NCBI GenBank assembly: GCA_010909165.1
Contig: VJWM01000106.1
Coordinates: forward strand, 1,006,380-1,070,379
From: Anthoceros angustus
Lineage: Eukaryota; Plantae; Anthocerotophyta
Reading direction: 5' to 3'
DNA: 64,000 nucleotides
Under the pieces are notes generated by a model. That model was not told where the DNA came from. It ran no database searches and was given only the letters and a program-made list of their open reading frames with translations. Of this stretch, positions 1 to 11,291 are shown one piece after another. A program made the position numbers and the translations under genes. The first letter of the stretch is position 1; the number at the start of each line of letters is the position of its first letter.

Positions 1-1189
1 ATTGTTGCTCCGGTAGAGCCTCGAATCAAAACTGGACGGGAGGGTATAGGATCTTCGAAAGATGATACTCACAATATTTATGTAGCTTCTACAAGACCTC
101 CGCCGAACCTCCAGGTGAGTCTGTCGTTGCCCGGAGTACAACTTTTGAGTGGCCGTGGCTTGTGTCATATTGTAGGGCCTTTGGTTCTTGTTCTGACCTA
201 GAGATGGTTGCTCCTCAGAGCCTCAAGAAGGAGAAGGAGAAGCAGGAGAAGCGGTCGAAACGGTCGAGGAAGAGAGCAAGAGAAGCTCTAGAAGAGCAGA
301 TGCGCATGACAGTGGTACAACAAGAAATCGATTTCCGGAGGGAATTCTGGCCTGACAACGTCTGATAGGTCAAGGGGTTCCGTTTTGCCTGAAAATCCAG
401 ACGGATCTCTATCTGCTGTAAGCAACTGTTCTAAAACTAGCTGTCCTCTCGATTTGTAGCAATTTTAGCTTGCCGTGTGGCTGACTATGAGATTGTGAAA
501 AGGTGTGGGAGGATTCGCAGGCTGTCTGTATCTAAGTGAGTCTGTGCTGCTTTAAGACTGAAGAGGAGACCCGTGTCACAGCGGTTGGCGAATGCGGTAG
601 ACCCTTGCATGGCTTTTCGTTTTTTCACCATTCTGGCTGGTTTCACTCCACAATTCACTCTCTGTATGCTAATTTGAGCCCGTTCGTAACCAGGTCTATT
701 CAAGGTTCAAGGGAGGTGACTGAGGCAAAGCGTAGTGGTGGGTTTGAAGAGAGTGCCAAACGGCTGGCCCCAAGTCCTCCGCAGGTGGAGAAACTATGTA
801 TAGGTCTAGTTTGCACGGAAGGGGGCGGAAATAGTCGCATATGCTCCGGAGGAGAAATTACAGATCGAGTTCCGATGAAGACGGATGGATGGACCTACTT
901 AGCGCATATCCAATGTGACGGAAATTTTCGCAGACATATTCTCTCCTGCCATCTGGGAAAGACGATGTATAGGATAGGGAAATCAGCACCCTTGCTGAAG
1001 ATTTCTTCCCCGGGTTTGTTCTGATATATTTTTAAAATATTAAATTAAAAAATCTGGGAAAGGCACACAGTAGTAACGGTATTGGTGAAATAGAAGTAGA
1101 AAAGCGAAAAGTTGAAAAAAGGTACAAGTGAAATAAGGTAGAAAAGTGAAAAGTTAAAAAAGGTAAAAAGCTAAGTTAGTAGCTGCCCT

Positions 1190-1706
1190 GTTAAGAAGAT
1201 GCATGTGTTGCATGTTTCATGCAATCTCTTGTTAGAAAGGAATTGCTACAGCCACAAATGAAGAGCTGCCTAGAGAGGACTCTTAGTGATTAGTGGTCTG
1301 TAAGAATCCCTAGATTTAGCAGCTGCCTAGTTAAGGTCAGGCTGCGGGATATATAAGGGCTAGAGCAAGGGCTTTGAGGAACAAATGGGACTCACTCTTT
1401 GAGAGAGCGGGCAAGTGTGCGCTGCAAGCCTTGTGTTGAGAGAGTTGTGGAGAGCTAGCTAGTGAGCTTGTCATGGAATCAAGGGCAGTAGCGAGTTGGG
1501 GGTAGATAGCCAGATTCCATCGTTGTATTCTTGCAATAAAGAGCAACACCTCGAGGAGGTGACCTGCGAGTCGTCAGTGGATGGCGGGCTACTTGGAGCT
1601 TAGTGCTGTGTTGTGAGGTTGAGAGCGTTGAGAATCGTGCAAGTCTCTTGTGGAGTGAATTGGCGGGGGCATCCACATTTTTGGGGCATCCACATTGGGC
1701 ATCCAC
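1190..1706 (+). mobile_element. Possible LTR remnant
   Basis: TATA-like atatataag at ~1350, aataaa at ~1535, and the segment ends in a triplicated gggcatccaca (CA terminus). No partner LTR seen; the left boundary is a guess. Confidence 0.3.
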
Positions 1707-3460
1707 ATTTTTTTAGGGTTGTGGACAGAGAGAAATAGTCCCGCCACATACGACGAAACTATTTCGGTATGTCATGCATGACCACATCAATCAGGGCTGC
1801 GCCCCCCCGGTGTCCCGATGTCGTCAACCTACCCCATGATGCACGAAAAGATTTCACGATACACAGAAACTTTTATTCTCTCGGGTTTAGGGTTGCGTTT
1901 TGGTCATTTGCGTTGCCGCGCCATTGCGGCACGGGGCTCCATATGTCAGTGGTTGCGTTAGCGCTGCACTCACCGTTTGCAATTGCGTTCGTTTGCAATT
2001 GCGTTTGTGCTGCATTCATCGTCTGTGTTTGCAGCGCGGCTGAGTGCGTTTGCCCTCACGTACAATGCTGCAGTGTTTAGCATTGGCTGCATACAAGGCT
2101 GCAACGTTTCTTAGGCAACAGGTTTCTTAGGCCTGTTGCCTATGGGGGTGCAATATGTGTCTTGGTTGCAACGTTTCCTAGGCCTGCCCCCTATGGGGGT
2201 GTAGTATGTGTCTTGGCTACCTGTTTAACATGTATGTGTGGTGATCAGAATCTTAAAACCCTAAAGAAGAAAACATGTGCATGACACAATCGGAACACCA
2301 GGCCTATGATCGTGTCATACAAAGTTTTTGCCCCGCATACGAACCTACAGAAGCTGATGTGGCACATATTATACGTGTATTTGAAAGATGCCGTGGCATA
2401 TTTCGGTAGCATACACCCAAAAAAAAGAAAGTCACAGACACACTCCCGTGTGACCAGATCGGTATTCCACAGACCGGCTTTGGGGTTTTGTCCATTGGTT
2501 ATGTTTTTTCATTGGGTTTTTGTTTTCTTACTTTTTATTACTATTTTATTTTATGTTTGGATAAACATTTAATTAAAATATTTAAAATAATATAAATATT
2601 TTACATAATATGTAAAATAAAATCTTCTATCAAAAGTAATCGTGGTCTAAATTACTCTCATACGTGAATTATGCACACCGTTAAACTTAATGAAAAAGCT
2701 TGGCCCTCGGGTTAAAGCATCTACCCATTTGCAGTTTGGTAGTAGTCATGGACGACCGCGGGTCCGCGCCCCGTTTCATCGTCGAATGTGCGGTCCCCCG
2801 TCAAGTCCGCGCCGTTAGAAATGACGCTGGTCCATCCGTATGTGACTCGGAAGTCGGGTGACGGGAGGGAGTCATCCCGGGGCGGGGACCCCAGTGGCAC
2901 TACCGGAGAGGCTTTTTCTTTTTGCAAGGCTTTTTTCTTTTTATAGTACTTACCTACCACCGTAGATAGGTGCTGTAAGGTGCTGAAGAGGTACTATAAG
3001 TGACTTTAGATATTCTTTCTTTACTGTAACCCTTGAGGTCTCTCTTTCATGTTCTTTAGTGGTAGTGGGTTCACCCCATTTTCTCTTTCCTTAATAAAAT
3101 CTATCTATGAAAAAAAATGAAAAAAATGTTGGTACGTACCTGGCTGGGCCTTATGCCCCCTACTTATTACCCATGTAGCGGGGTGGCTTGCCCGACACTG
3201 ACCTATGTAATTAAAGGATAATAAGCGTGTTAAAAGGTGGGATGCCCAATTCTTGCCGTGGCGGTGGTTTGCCTTGTGGGAGTTGGAAGCCCCTTGGCGA
3301 AAGCGACATCGGCGAGCGTGAAATGGCGGTAGAAACAAGACTGTGGCTGGGCCAGAGTGACAAGTTCACGGGGGCGGAAACACGATTCCACGACCCACAG
3401 CGCAATTTCCTTTCGCTGGCCGGTCACTTGTGGGGGTGCCCCTTCTTGACAGCCCTGCCT

Positions 3461-3516
3461 GGGCTGGCCTGGCGTGTCGGGGCCTGGCCTGGCGTGTCGG
3501 GGCCTGGCCTGGCGTG
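3461..3516. repeat. 20-bp GC-rich tandem repeat (ggcctggcctggcgtgtcgg), ~2.8 copies, upstream of GT92
   Basis: Directly visible in the sequence. Confidence 0.85.
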
Positions 3517-4048
3517 ATGCTGGGCTGCCTTCAGTCACGAAGGCGGGGAGGGGAAGCCGCGGCCCTCCGCCTGCTGCGCCGAGCCGGCTGGCGATGCCCG
3601 CCTTCGCTGCACCGTGGGCCTGCCGCGGACTGCAGTTTTGGCGCCAATCCCCGATCTTCTTGGCCGTCGTTTCCCGGCAGGAGAATCGCTTGCCGGTGAG
3701 CAGCTTTGCGCAATTCCGGAATTCCTGTGGCTGGAGCTGGAGGCTCTCGTACGGATGCTACTCTAGGGGGGAAGATTCTGACGGTGAGGAATAAGGATCC
3801 GTGGTTGCCAAGGTTTGGCGGATTTGAGGCTTTGGAAGGGTAGGGAGCTGGGGGCGGCGGAAGGGGAAGGTTTGTGTTGAGTGGGAAGTTTCTATTTGCA
3901 GGTGTGAATTGCTCCGAGATCGGCAAGATTGCTTCGGCTATGTATGTCTGAGCGGATTACAAGAGACTAGTAGTCGGGAAGACTGCTGCTCGGGCCGGTG
4001 TGGTTGGATTTGTTTTGCGCGAGTGTGTATAGTTGGATTTGAGGCTTT

Positions 4049-6090
4049 ATGGGGGAGCCTGGTCTGAAGGACAGGTACAGTCATCGGTCCAAGGTGGATT
4101 TGGGGGTGGAGGAATTGGTAGAGCACCAGGGAATTGGAGTGGAGCAGCGCAAGAGAAGATTCCGGGACGTTTGCACGGCTTTCGTCTTCGCGTGCTGCGT
4201 GGCTGCGCTTTTGACAGTGTGGAGTTGGCAGACGTCTGGTGCGTTTCTGATTTATCGGATGTTGTGTGCAAGGTGGCATCGTTCCTTTCGGATTTGGGCT
4301 TGATGGCAGAATTTGTTTTTGTGGTTGTAGGCTCGCCGTCTCCTCTAGTGATACGAAGGGATCGGCTTGGAGAGAGGCTCCATGTGACTCAGGACAACGG
4401 CCTTGGAGCTTTGCTATACGAGGCAACTCGCGGCCCGGTAATTGAAGATGTGGTCGCGCTTTCCAACCAAGCTTTACTGCTGCTTCTCACTTTGCCGCAC
4501 GGATTTCACCTCCCCCGGAAAGGAAGGCTTTCTTGCTTTTTCGGGAACCAAACGTTCACGGAAGTGCTGAGCGCGGAGGTGTACAAGTCAAGGCATGGCG
4601 CTGTTAGGTGTCCGTATCCGAGTGCGGGATCCGTGTGGACGGCTAGGAATGTGACGGTGGTGGTCGACAACGGCGCTGCGTCCTATCCAGCCAAATTGGC
4701 GTACAGGAAGCCACTGACATGGAACTTTCTCGTGTATGATATCTGGTCCACACAAGGAGATGTCGTTCTGTTTGCGAAAGGCCTTAAGCATATCAGGGAC
4801 CGTGATGGCTTGCTGTCAGTCCAGTGCGTTTATGATGGAAAGGTCCATGTATCCGTCACAGATGCTGCTCAGGAGGTGTTCAGGTGTCCCCATCCAGATG
4901 CGTCTGAAAGAGAGGAACTTTTGGGTCAACCTGTGACTCTGAAGGTGCAAGGCGTGCTTGTGCCGTCAGTCGTCAGGTATGAATGTGATAACAAGGTGCT
5001 GAAGTATGGTAGTACATCTCGGCACTCGGGGCCAGGCGTTGTGTCCCATGGCAATGAAGAGTACGCCCCTCTAGCTGCAGCGGGGTGTCAAGACGATGTG
5101 CCAGGTGGTGCAGAATCGAGAGCTTTGCACACAGGTGGTGGTACCGAGAAAAAGCACTTCCTTTGCTCCTGCAACCTCATAAGGGATGGAGCCAAGTTTC
5201 TCAAGGAGTGGGTTACGTACCACTCGCATCTGGGGGTAAGCAAGTTTTTCTTCTACGACAACAACAGTGACGATGAGATTGAGGATGTCACTGCAGGGTT
5301 GGTCTTCAGCAATTATCAAGTAACAAGAGTCATTTGGCCCTGGATCAAAAATCAAGAAGCTGGATTTGGGCACTGTGCTCTTTTGGCAGCGCAGGAATGT
5401 ACTTGGATGATGTACGCCGACGTGGACGAATACGCTTTTCCGAAAATGTGGCTTAACTTATCCTCTCCTGCATCGATCAGTGGGAAGCAAAAAGAAAGCT
5501 GTTCGATATCTATTGCGGGTCCTCGTGGGGACAGCAGAAAAAAACAGGAGGGACCTCTAGTATCCCTCATCCAAGAGGCTGCCCTGTATGGGCAGGACCT
5601 GAAAAAGGTCGGACAAGTGTCTCTGTACTGCCGAGACTTTGGTCCTTCGGGTCTTATGGCTCATCCTGTTCAGGGTGTGACAGTGGGGTATTCTTGCAGA
5701 CTCAATGCTTCTCCTAGGCACAAATCCATCGTGCTCTTGGAGGCCATTGACAAATCACTGAGAAACGTGATTCACCATTTCGAGTTGGGTTCTGACTATC
5801 GCACTGTCAAATTGCTCACAAACAAAGCAGTGTTCAACCACTATAAGTTTCAAGCATGGGATGAATTCAAGTCGAAGTACAAGCAACGGGTGTCAGCATA
5901 TGTCCCAGATTGGACAGATTCCAAATCCTCTAATTCCCAAGACAAGGCTCCTTTGCTTGGCAATACAGCAGTGAGGCCTGATGATTGGGAAACGCAGTTT
6001 TGTGAAGTAGAAGATACTGCGTTGAGAGATTATGTACTGAAGGTGTTTGCAGTTTGCAATGAGCCAGAGCCAAGAATGATTTGGCAATGA
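4049..6090 (+). CDS. Glycosyltransferase family 92 (DUF23) type II membrane protein, intronless; one apparent -1 frameshift near 4244-4300
   Basis: Long ORF 4033-6090 has GT92 motifs (CNLIRDGAKFLKEWVTYHSHLGVSKFFFYDNNSDD, WPWIKNQEAGFGHC, DVDEY DxD motif, RHKSIV, NVIHHF, NHYKFQAW, RVSAYVPDW). An N-terminal basic stretch plus TM helix (RKRRFRDVCTAFVFACCVAALLTVWSW) lies in the overlapping frame starting at ATG 4049. Confidence 0.88.
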
Positions 6091-6917
6091 GTGGCGGTTG
6101 CTGGCATGCCCTTGGCTTTTCAATATCAGGAGGTAATGGTCACGTTGCTTTCTGCAGAGCGGTACGATTGTTTCTTGCCAACTTACCGTCTTTCGGGCAC
6201 TCATGAACTGTTCAAATGCTGGCATGCTGGGGTTCTCCTGAGAGTATTTGGACAGTTCACATGTGCGCACATGCCGTTTGGACACGAGTTTCGGTACATA
6301 GGTTAGATGATATTTTTAATACTTCATGAGGGTCATGGCACGTTGTCAACCGGAGAGACATTCTTCACACCTGGCAATATTTAGTGGTGTAATTTATCAT
6401 TCGCAGGAAATAAACCTAAAGCGTCTTTAGTGGACTACAACAGATTCCTCTTCCGAGAGTAGGTACCTAAATAAGAGAGTAGGTACCTAAATACATACTC
6501 CGAGCAGGAGAGCTTACACGGGACGAGGTTTTAAAATGAGAGTCTCATCCGGTAAGAGAGCTTTGAAAGAATACCATGGCGTAGTCTCCTGTTGATGCTT
6601 CAAGCCCGCATGAGGGCGCAGCTGCTATAGTGAGGAGGTGTGCCCAACGCCCATGGCCTGGGAAAGTGGTGTGTTGAGTCAAATCACAGCCATTCCTTGT
6701 ATACGTCGTATGCGAATTATAAGGTGAGAAAAAGTGTGTGTAAGGAGGCAAGTTGTAAGCTTAGGTAATACCTATCTTGCAAGTCGAGATGCCTTTTAAG
6801 GAAAAGATACCATCCCAACGTTGGATGCTCCTGGATGGCTTTTTAGAAGGAGGAGTTTGGCGTAAGATCCACTCCTGTGATGTTCTTCAACAAGTAATGT
6901 GAGCACACGAACTATAA

Positions 6918-7170
6918 CTCTGCACATCTGCTCCTTCTGTGCCTCTGCACATGTGTTCTGCAAATCTGTTCCTCCTGAGCCTCTGCACATTTGTTCTATT
7001 CCTTCTGTGATGTGATGTGATGTGTGTGCCTCTGCACATCTGTTCCTTCTGTGATGTGATGTGTGTGCCTCTGCACATCTGTTCCTTCTGTGATGCGATG
7101 TGTGTGCTCCGAGCACCCTCTTCTTTCTGTGATGTGATGCTATGTGGTGTGTGCTTCGAGCACCCTTGCC
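6918..7170. repeat. Degenerate ~39-bp minisatellite (ctctgcacatctgttccttctgtgatgtgatgtgtgtgc)
   Basis: 5-6 related units; reads as repeated THITSQKEQMCRG on the - strand. Confidence 0.85.
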
Positions 7171-7174
7171 TCTT

Positions 7175-8542
7175 CTTCATCTTCTTGTTAAATTCTGTGG
7201 CTATCTGTCCAGACACAGTTTGCACCTCCATCTGCTCCAGATACCGCTCTTTCTGGTGAAGATCCGAGCTCTTTGCAGCCAAAGGCACCTTGAACCTCTT
7301 GACCACCGTGGGAAAGGATGTTCCTGCCGAGACATTTATTACCTGCGCATCATAAGACCGAGCTCCACCTGCACTGAATGGGGGTGGTGCAATCTGCACA
7401 TAAACCGTTGGCATCGGTTCCAATTCTAGATTCTTCCGGAAGCCAGTCTCTCCAGAAGGTGATGCAAGGACTCGTAGAACTTGCCCCTCAAGTGCTGCAC
7501 ATTCCGAGAGGGAATTTTCCTCCACTCCGGAATCTCAGGCTGCACTGCTTCCCAAACGTACTTGTCAGGGCGGCCGCTTGGTTTGCCAAGGCCGCTCAAC
7601 GTACTGGATATGGTCTCGTTGGAGACCGCCACCACCTTCAGCGGTATGTCGCTGATGTTGTCGAAGAGCTCCAGCTGAAGCCACCCTCCTTCCACCTCTT
7701 TCTGGAATTCCCTCACCATCTTCTTAGTAGACTTGTTCAGGTGACAGAATGTGTAGGTTGAAATTTTGCACCGATCACGCAAGGTCCGTAGGTGAAGGCC
7801 AATGTCCCGATGCCGCGTGTCCCCATCCAGATATCTGTCTCCACCTCCGTCATGAAACCGTTTGCCATGGCAAGGAGCGTCACCAACGTGAATCAATACA
7901 CGATTAGCAGCCTGCCAGCTCAAATTGGCCACATCCTCAAGGCCACTGAAAACGTTCTCCGCTAGATCGCCGCCACCAGATGCTTTCACATCTGACAGAG
8001 CCCTGACGAAGACGCTGCGTTCACCTCGAAAGCTGGTGGTGAAAGCACATGACTTGTGGGAGGCATCGTCGTAATCCCGGTAAGACGCGAACGCCACACG
8101 CAGCTTGGACTGAGGATGTGCTTGCGCGATGCCCTCCGCAACAGAAGCCACCTCATCCTTCACCATATCTGGGCCCTGTAGCATACACCAGGAAGGCAAG
8201 GTCCTGCGCCTGCGCCTTGCGGATGATGATGCTGAGCTATGCCTTGCGGTTCTGCGTTGCTTCCTTGTGATGCCATTGTAGGTACAACAGCCGCTCATCA
8301 TCGAGAGCCAGCTCAGCTTCCACTTTGGCCAGCTCCTGGCGTGTTTGAGAGGACGCAGGGTCCCGGGCCGTGCCGCTGCTGGGACTGCTTCTGCTTCTGC
8401 TGGTCGTCACAGTCGGTGAGAAGTTTGCTTCAAGCATCTCCAGTTTTAGCTTCAGCTTCTCCAATTCCAACCTCGTACTGATCCTGGTTGCGGATCTGCC
8501 CTCACAAGAATTCTCCTCAATGGCCGGCAGTCGGGACGCCAT
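7175..8542 (-). pseudogene. Type D coiled-coil-VWA-alpha-kinase pseudogene, kinase C-lobe missing
   Basis: Colinear with the type A gene from ATG 8542 to EFNKKM. In-frame TAG at 8237-8239, MIDAS Asp changed to Tyr (LVYATG) followed by a small frameshifting deletion; truncated at the 39-bp repeat. Confidence 0.9.
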
Positions 8543-8849
8543 GGCCACACAGCTTGCTGCAATTGCGAATAAATGCGAGGATGTTGGAGCGTGTTTCAGT
8601 ACACAGCTGCGCCCCCTTCAGCAGCAGCGGATGCAAGCTGCTGGAAGTGCTAACGACCGCCGCCAATGGCGGTCCCGCCGCCGCCAGAGCCTCTAATCGA
8701 CCTGTAAACTGGAACCCATGCCATTGAGGCCGACGGTGCGGACGCCGAGGCCAGGTCGTCACGGGGAACGTCCGTCCGGTTCTGGATTGGACATCCACTC
8801 AATACATGCATGAATGGACATGCCCCATCCTGGTGACCTGCCAACTGCC

Positions 8850-9290
8850 CACATGCAACCTTGAATTCGTCGAAGATGGATCACCCTGGAGATCGTATTA
8901 AAGGCGTTCTCAACGTCCACTTGCAGGGCAGGACCCCGCAAAAGCCAAGGATTCGTAGCTCCTCGGAGTAGCAATACTAAATTGGTGAAAGGAGATGGCC
9001 TCCCTCACAGCAATAGAGTGAAACAAAAATGCCTCCCTCACAGCAATAGAGTGTACCCCGGAACGCAAAAATGCCTCCCTCACAGCAATAGAGCGTACCC
9101 CGGAAGTGGGCTTTTCTACAGCCAACAACCGACTTGGCCCCCTAAACTTGAGAAATGCGAAAAGGAGTCTCCCCCTAGCCACATAGGCTAGCATAATGAA
9201 CAATTCCAAAAAAACCGCTGGAGGGTCCTCGGGAGTGAAGCAGTCCCGGAGGTGGTCATAGACCATTCCCGACATACCCCTGAAGAAAAA
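8850..9290 (-). mobile_element. Non-LTR retrotransposon reverse transcriptase fragment, CRE-clade-like
   Basis: Translated pieces SRLLAVEKPTSGVRSIAVRE, HQFSIAT and LQVDVENAFNTISR resemble the GVRPIAVGE / QFG / DxxNAFN RT motifs. Confidence 0.7.
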
Positions 9291-9387
9291 GGCAAAGCAG
9301 AGGTCAGGGCCCGACCAAAACCGGCCTGTCGAGAGTAAAGGGCTCCCTTTTGTTATTACTGCAGGAGCCCAACCACCAAGCAAAGGA

Positions 9388-9700
9388 CTGCAAAACAAGA
9401 CTAGCCGGATACAGATCCAAAAAGAAAAGTGAAAGGCTTCAAAGAACTGCAAGACAAGACTAGCCGGGATATAGATCAAAAAGAAAAGTGAAAGGCTTCA
9501 AAGAACTGCAAAACAAGACTAGCCGGGATACAGATGCAAAAAGAAAAGTGAAAGGCTTCAAAGAACTGCAAAACAAGACTAGCGGAGATACAGACCCAAA
9601 AAGAAAAGTGAAAGGCTTCAAAGAACCGCAAAACAAGACAAGCCGGAATATGGATCCAAAAAGAAAAGTGAAAGGCTTCAAAGAAGCGCAAAACAAGACT
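9388..9700. repeat. 60-bp minisatellite, ~5 units (core caaaaagaaaagtgaaaggcttcaaagaa)
   Basis: Units recur in register on consecutive 60-nt lines. Confidence 0.95.
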
Positions 9701-10159
9701 GGTAGACTTTAAGAAGGAAATCATCCAAGCCAATCAAGTCAGCCGGAAGGACCAAGAACATATCTTCGTGTACTTCACGCAAGAGGTCGTGTACTTGATC
9801 GTTGACTCGGTGAAGCTATAATCTTCTTTAATTTCTCAAGCTATGAGGTATTGCTAGTGGGACACTCGATGACATGCCTCCAAATATTTTGACCAAAGGA
9901 TTGACTTTAGATAAACATATTACGTTTAGCGATATGCTAGGCTTAAGAGAGTAATATCGATGTGTTGAATGGGAATATTAAAATCTATACGATTGGTGCA
10001 ACACATCCCATATTAAAGTTCACTTAATAAGTCCTACAAGTGTATAGGACAAAATGGACAAAAATAGGATCTAATAAGTTCATACCCACCGAGATTGTCA
10101 AGGCGAACGGCTAAATATGTATGCATAGCACACCTTTTCAGCATATGGAGGCTCGGATA

Positions 10160-10760
10160 CCATGCCTGTTTGCCCCACCCGAATATACGCATGTCTCCAT
10201 ATTCATCATCAAAATCATGAAACGCCTGCCATGGCAAGGAGCGTCCGGAATGTAAAGTAGAACGTAAAGAATGTAAAGAATGCTTTACATTCCGGAGGTT
10301 CGAGAGCGTGGAGCCTTAGCCTTCCATCTCAAATCAGCCACGCTCTCGAAGCTTAAGCCACTGAAAACATCTTCCCCGTATCGCCGCCGCCGCCAGTTGC
10401 TTCCACACCCAATGGCCTTCATACTCATGCTCCTGTAGCATCCACCAGGAACGCCACGTCCAGCGCCTGCTCCTTCTGGATGACAATGCTGAGCTCAGCC
10501 TGGCGGCTCCGCGTTGCCTCTTGGTTATGTCGTTCCAGGGACGAAAGCCGCTCATTCCTAGCAGCGAGCTTGGTTTTCACCATAGCCAGCGCGCTTGTGC
10601 TGGAAGTACTTCTGCTTAGCCGCTCGTCTTAGTCGATGACGTGCTCATTCCAGCCATGGCCAGTTCGAGCCTCCGCTTCCTCAACGATCTGGCCTCCCAA
10701 TAGGCCTCCGCATCTCCGGCAGCTAGGAGCTCCACGAGTCCGCCATCGCCAGACCTGGAT
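10160..10760 (-). pseudogene. Type C relic: coiled-coil plus degenerate VWA, no kinase (copy 1)
   Basis: LAMVKTKLAARNER, AELSIVIQKEQALDVAFLVDATG, EDVFSGL and DAPCHGRRF in broken frames. Confidence 0.8.
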
Positions 10761-11291
10761 CCACCTCCCAGATGCGGCAATTGCGAACGAGTTCGAGGAC
10801 GGTCGCGCGCATTCCTTTTCGCCTGATTTCTACTTGAGCCTACGCCCCATTCTGCTTCAAACGTACGAGCGTGCGGGGCAGTCAGGTAACTGATTGTTAC
10901 TGATCTTACTGCTTCAGCCGTGAAGCCATTAAAACAAGTAATGGACGGAGGGATTTGCGAATGTTACGGGATCATTACAAAGTTTCTCAAGGACCGGGTA
11001 ACGTTCCACGTTCTACTCAAATTCTCCCGCATCCACCGGGGTTCACATCCTGCGGTGCTCTGGAGACTATGAATCCTCCGTAAATTCTAGCTGTTTGCAT
11101 TCTGGAAAAGCTGCCGCACTACAAACACAAACGACGGTTCGGGTAAAGCGATGCAAGGATGGCTGCTATCATCTACCCAAAATTTGGAAGCATCCAATCC
11201 AGCAAAGTAAGCACTTAACAACCCTACAAGCCTCTGCCTTACAATCCCTACACCCCTCTAAAAATCCCTACAACCATCTGCCTTAACATGC

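Noticed and set aside
2738-2960. Telomerase RNA, SRP RNA, U1 snRNA or hammerhead ribozyme
   Set aside because: No CTAAACCCT template, no SRP helix-8 motif, only tacttacct of U1, and no CTGANGA core on either strand.
4033-4250. TTG-initiated N-terminus of the 685-aa ORF
   Set aside because: Non-ATG start with no TM helix before the join; the ATG 4049 frame supplies the expected anchor.
6455-6493. 20-bp direct duplication containing the palindrome taggtaccta downstream of GT92
   Set aside because: Isolated micro-duplication with nothing between the copies; no evidence of function.
9388-9700. CRISPR-like appearance of the 60-bp array (constant ~29-bp core plus a more variable part)
   Set aside because: The variable parts are homologous to each other rather than unique spacers; no cas genes; eukaryotic context.
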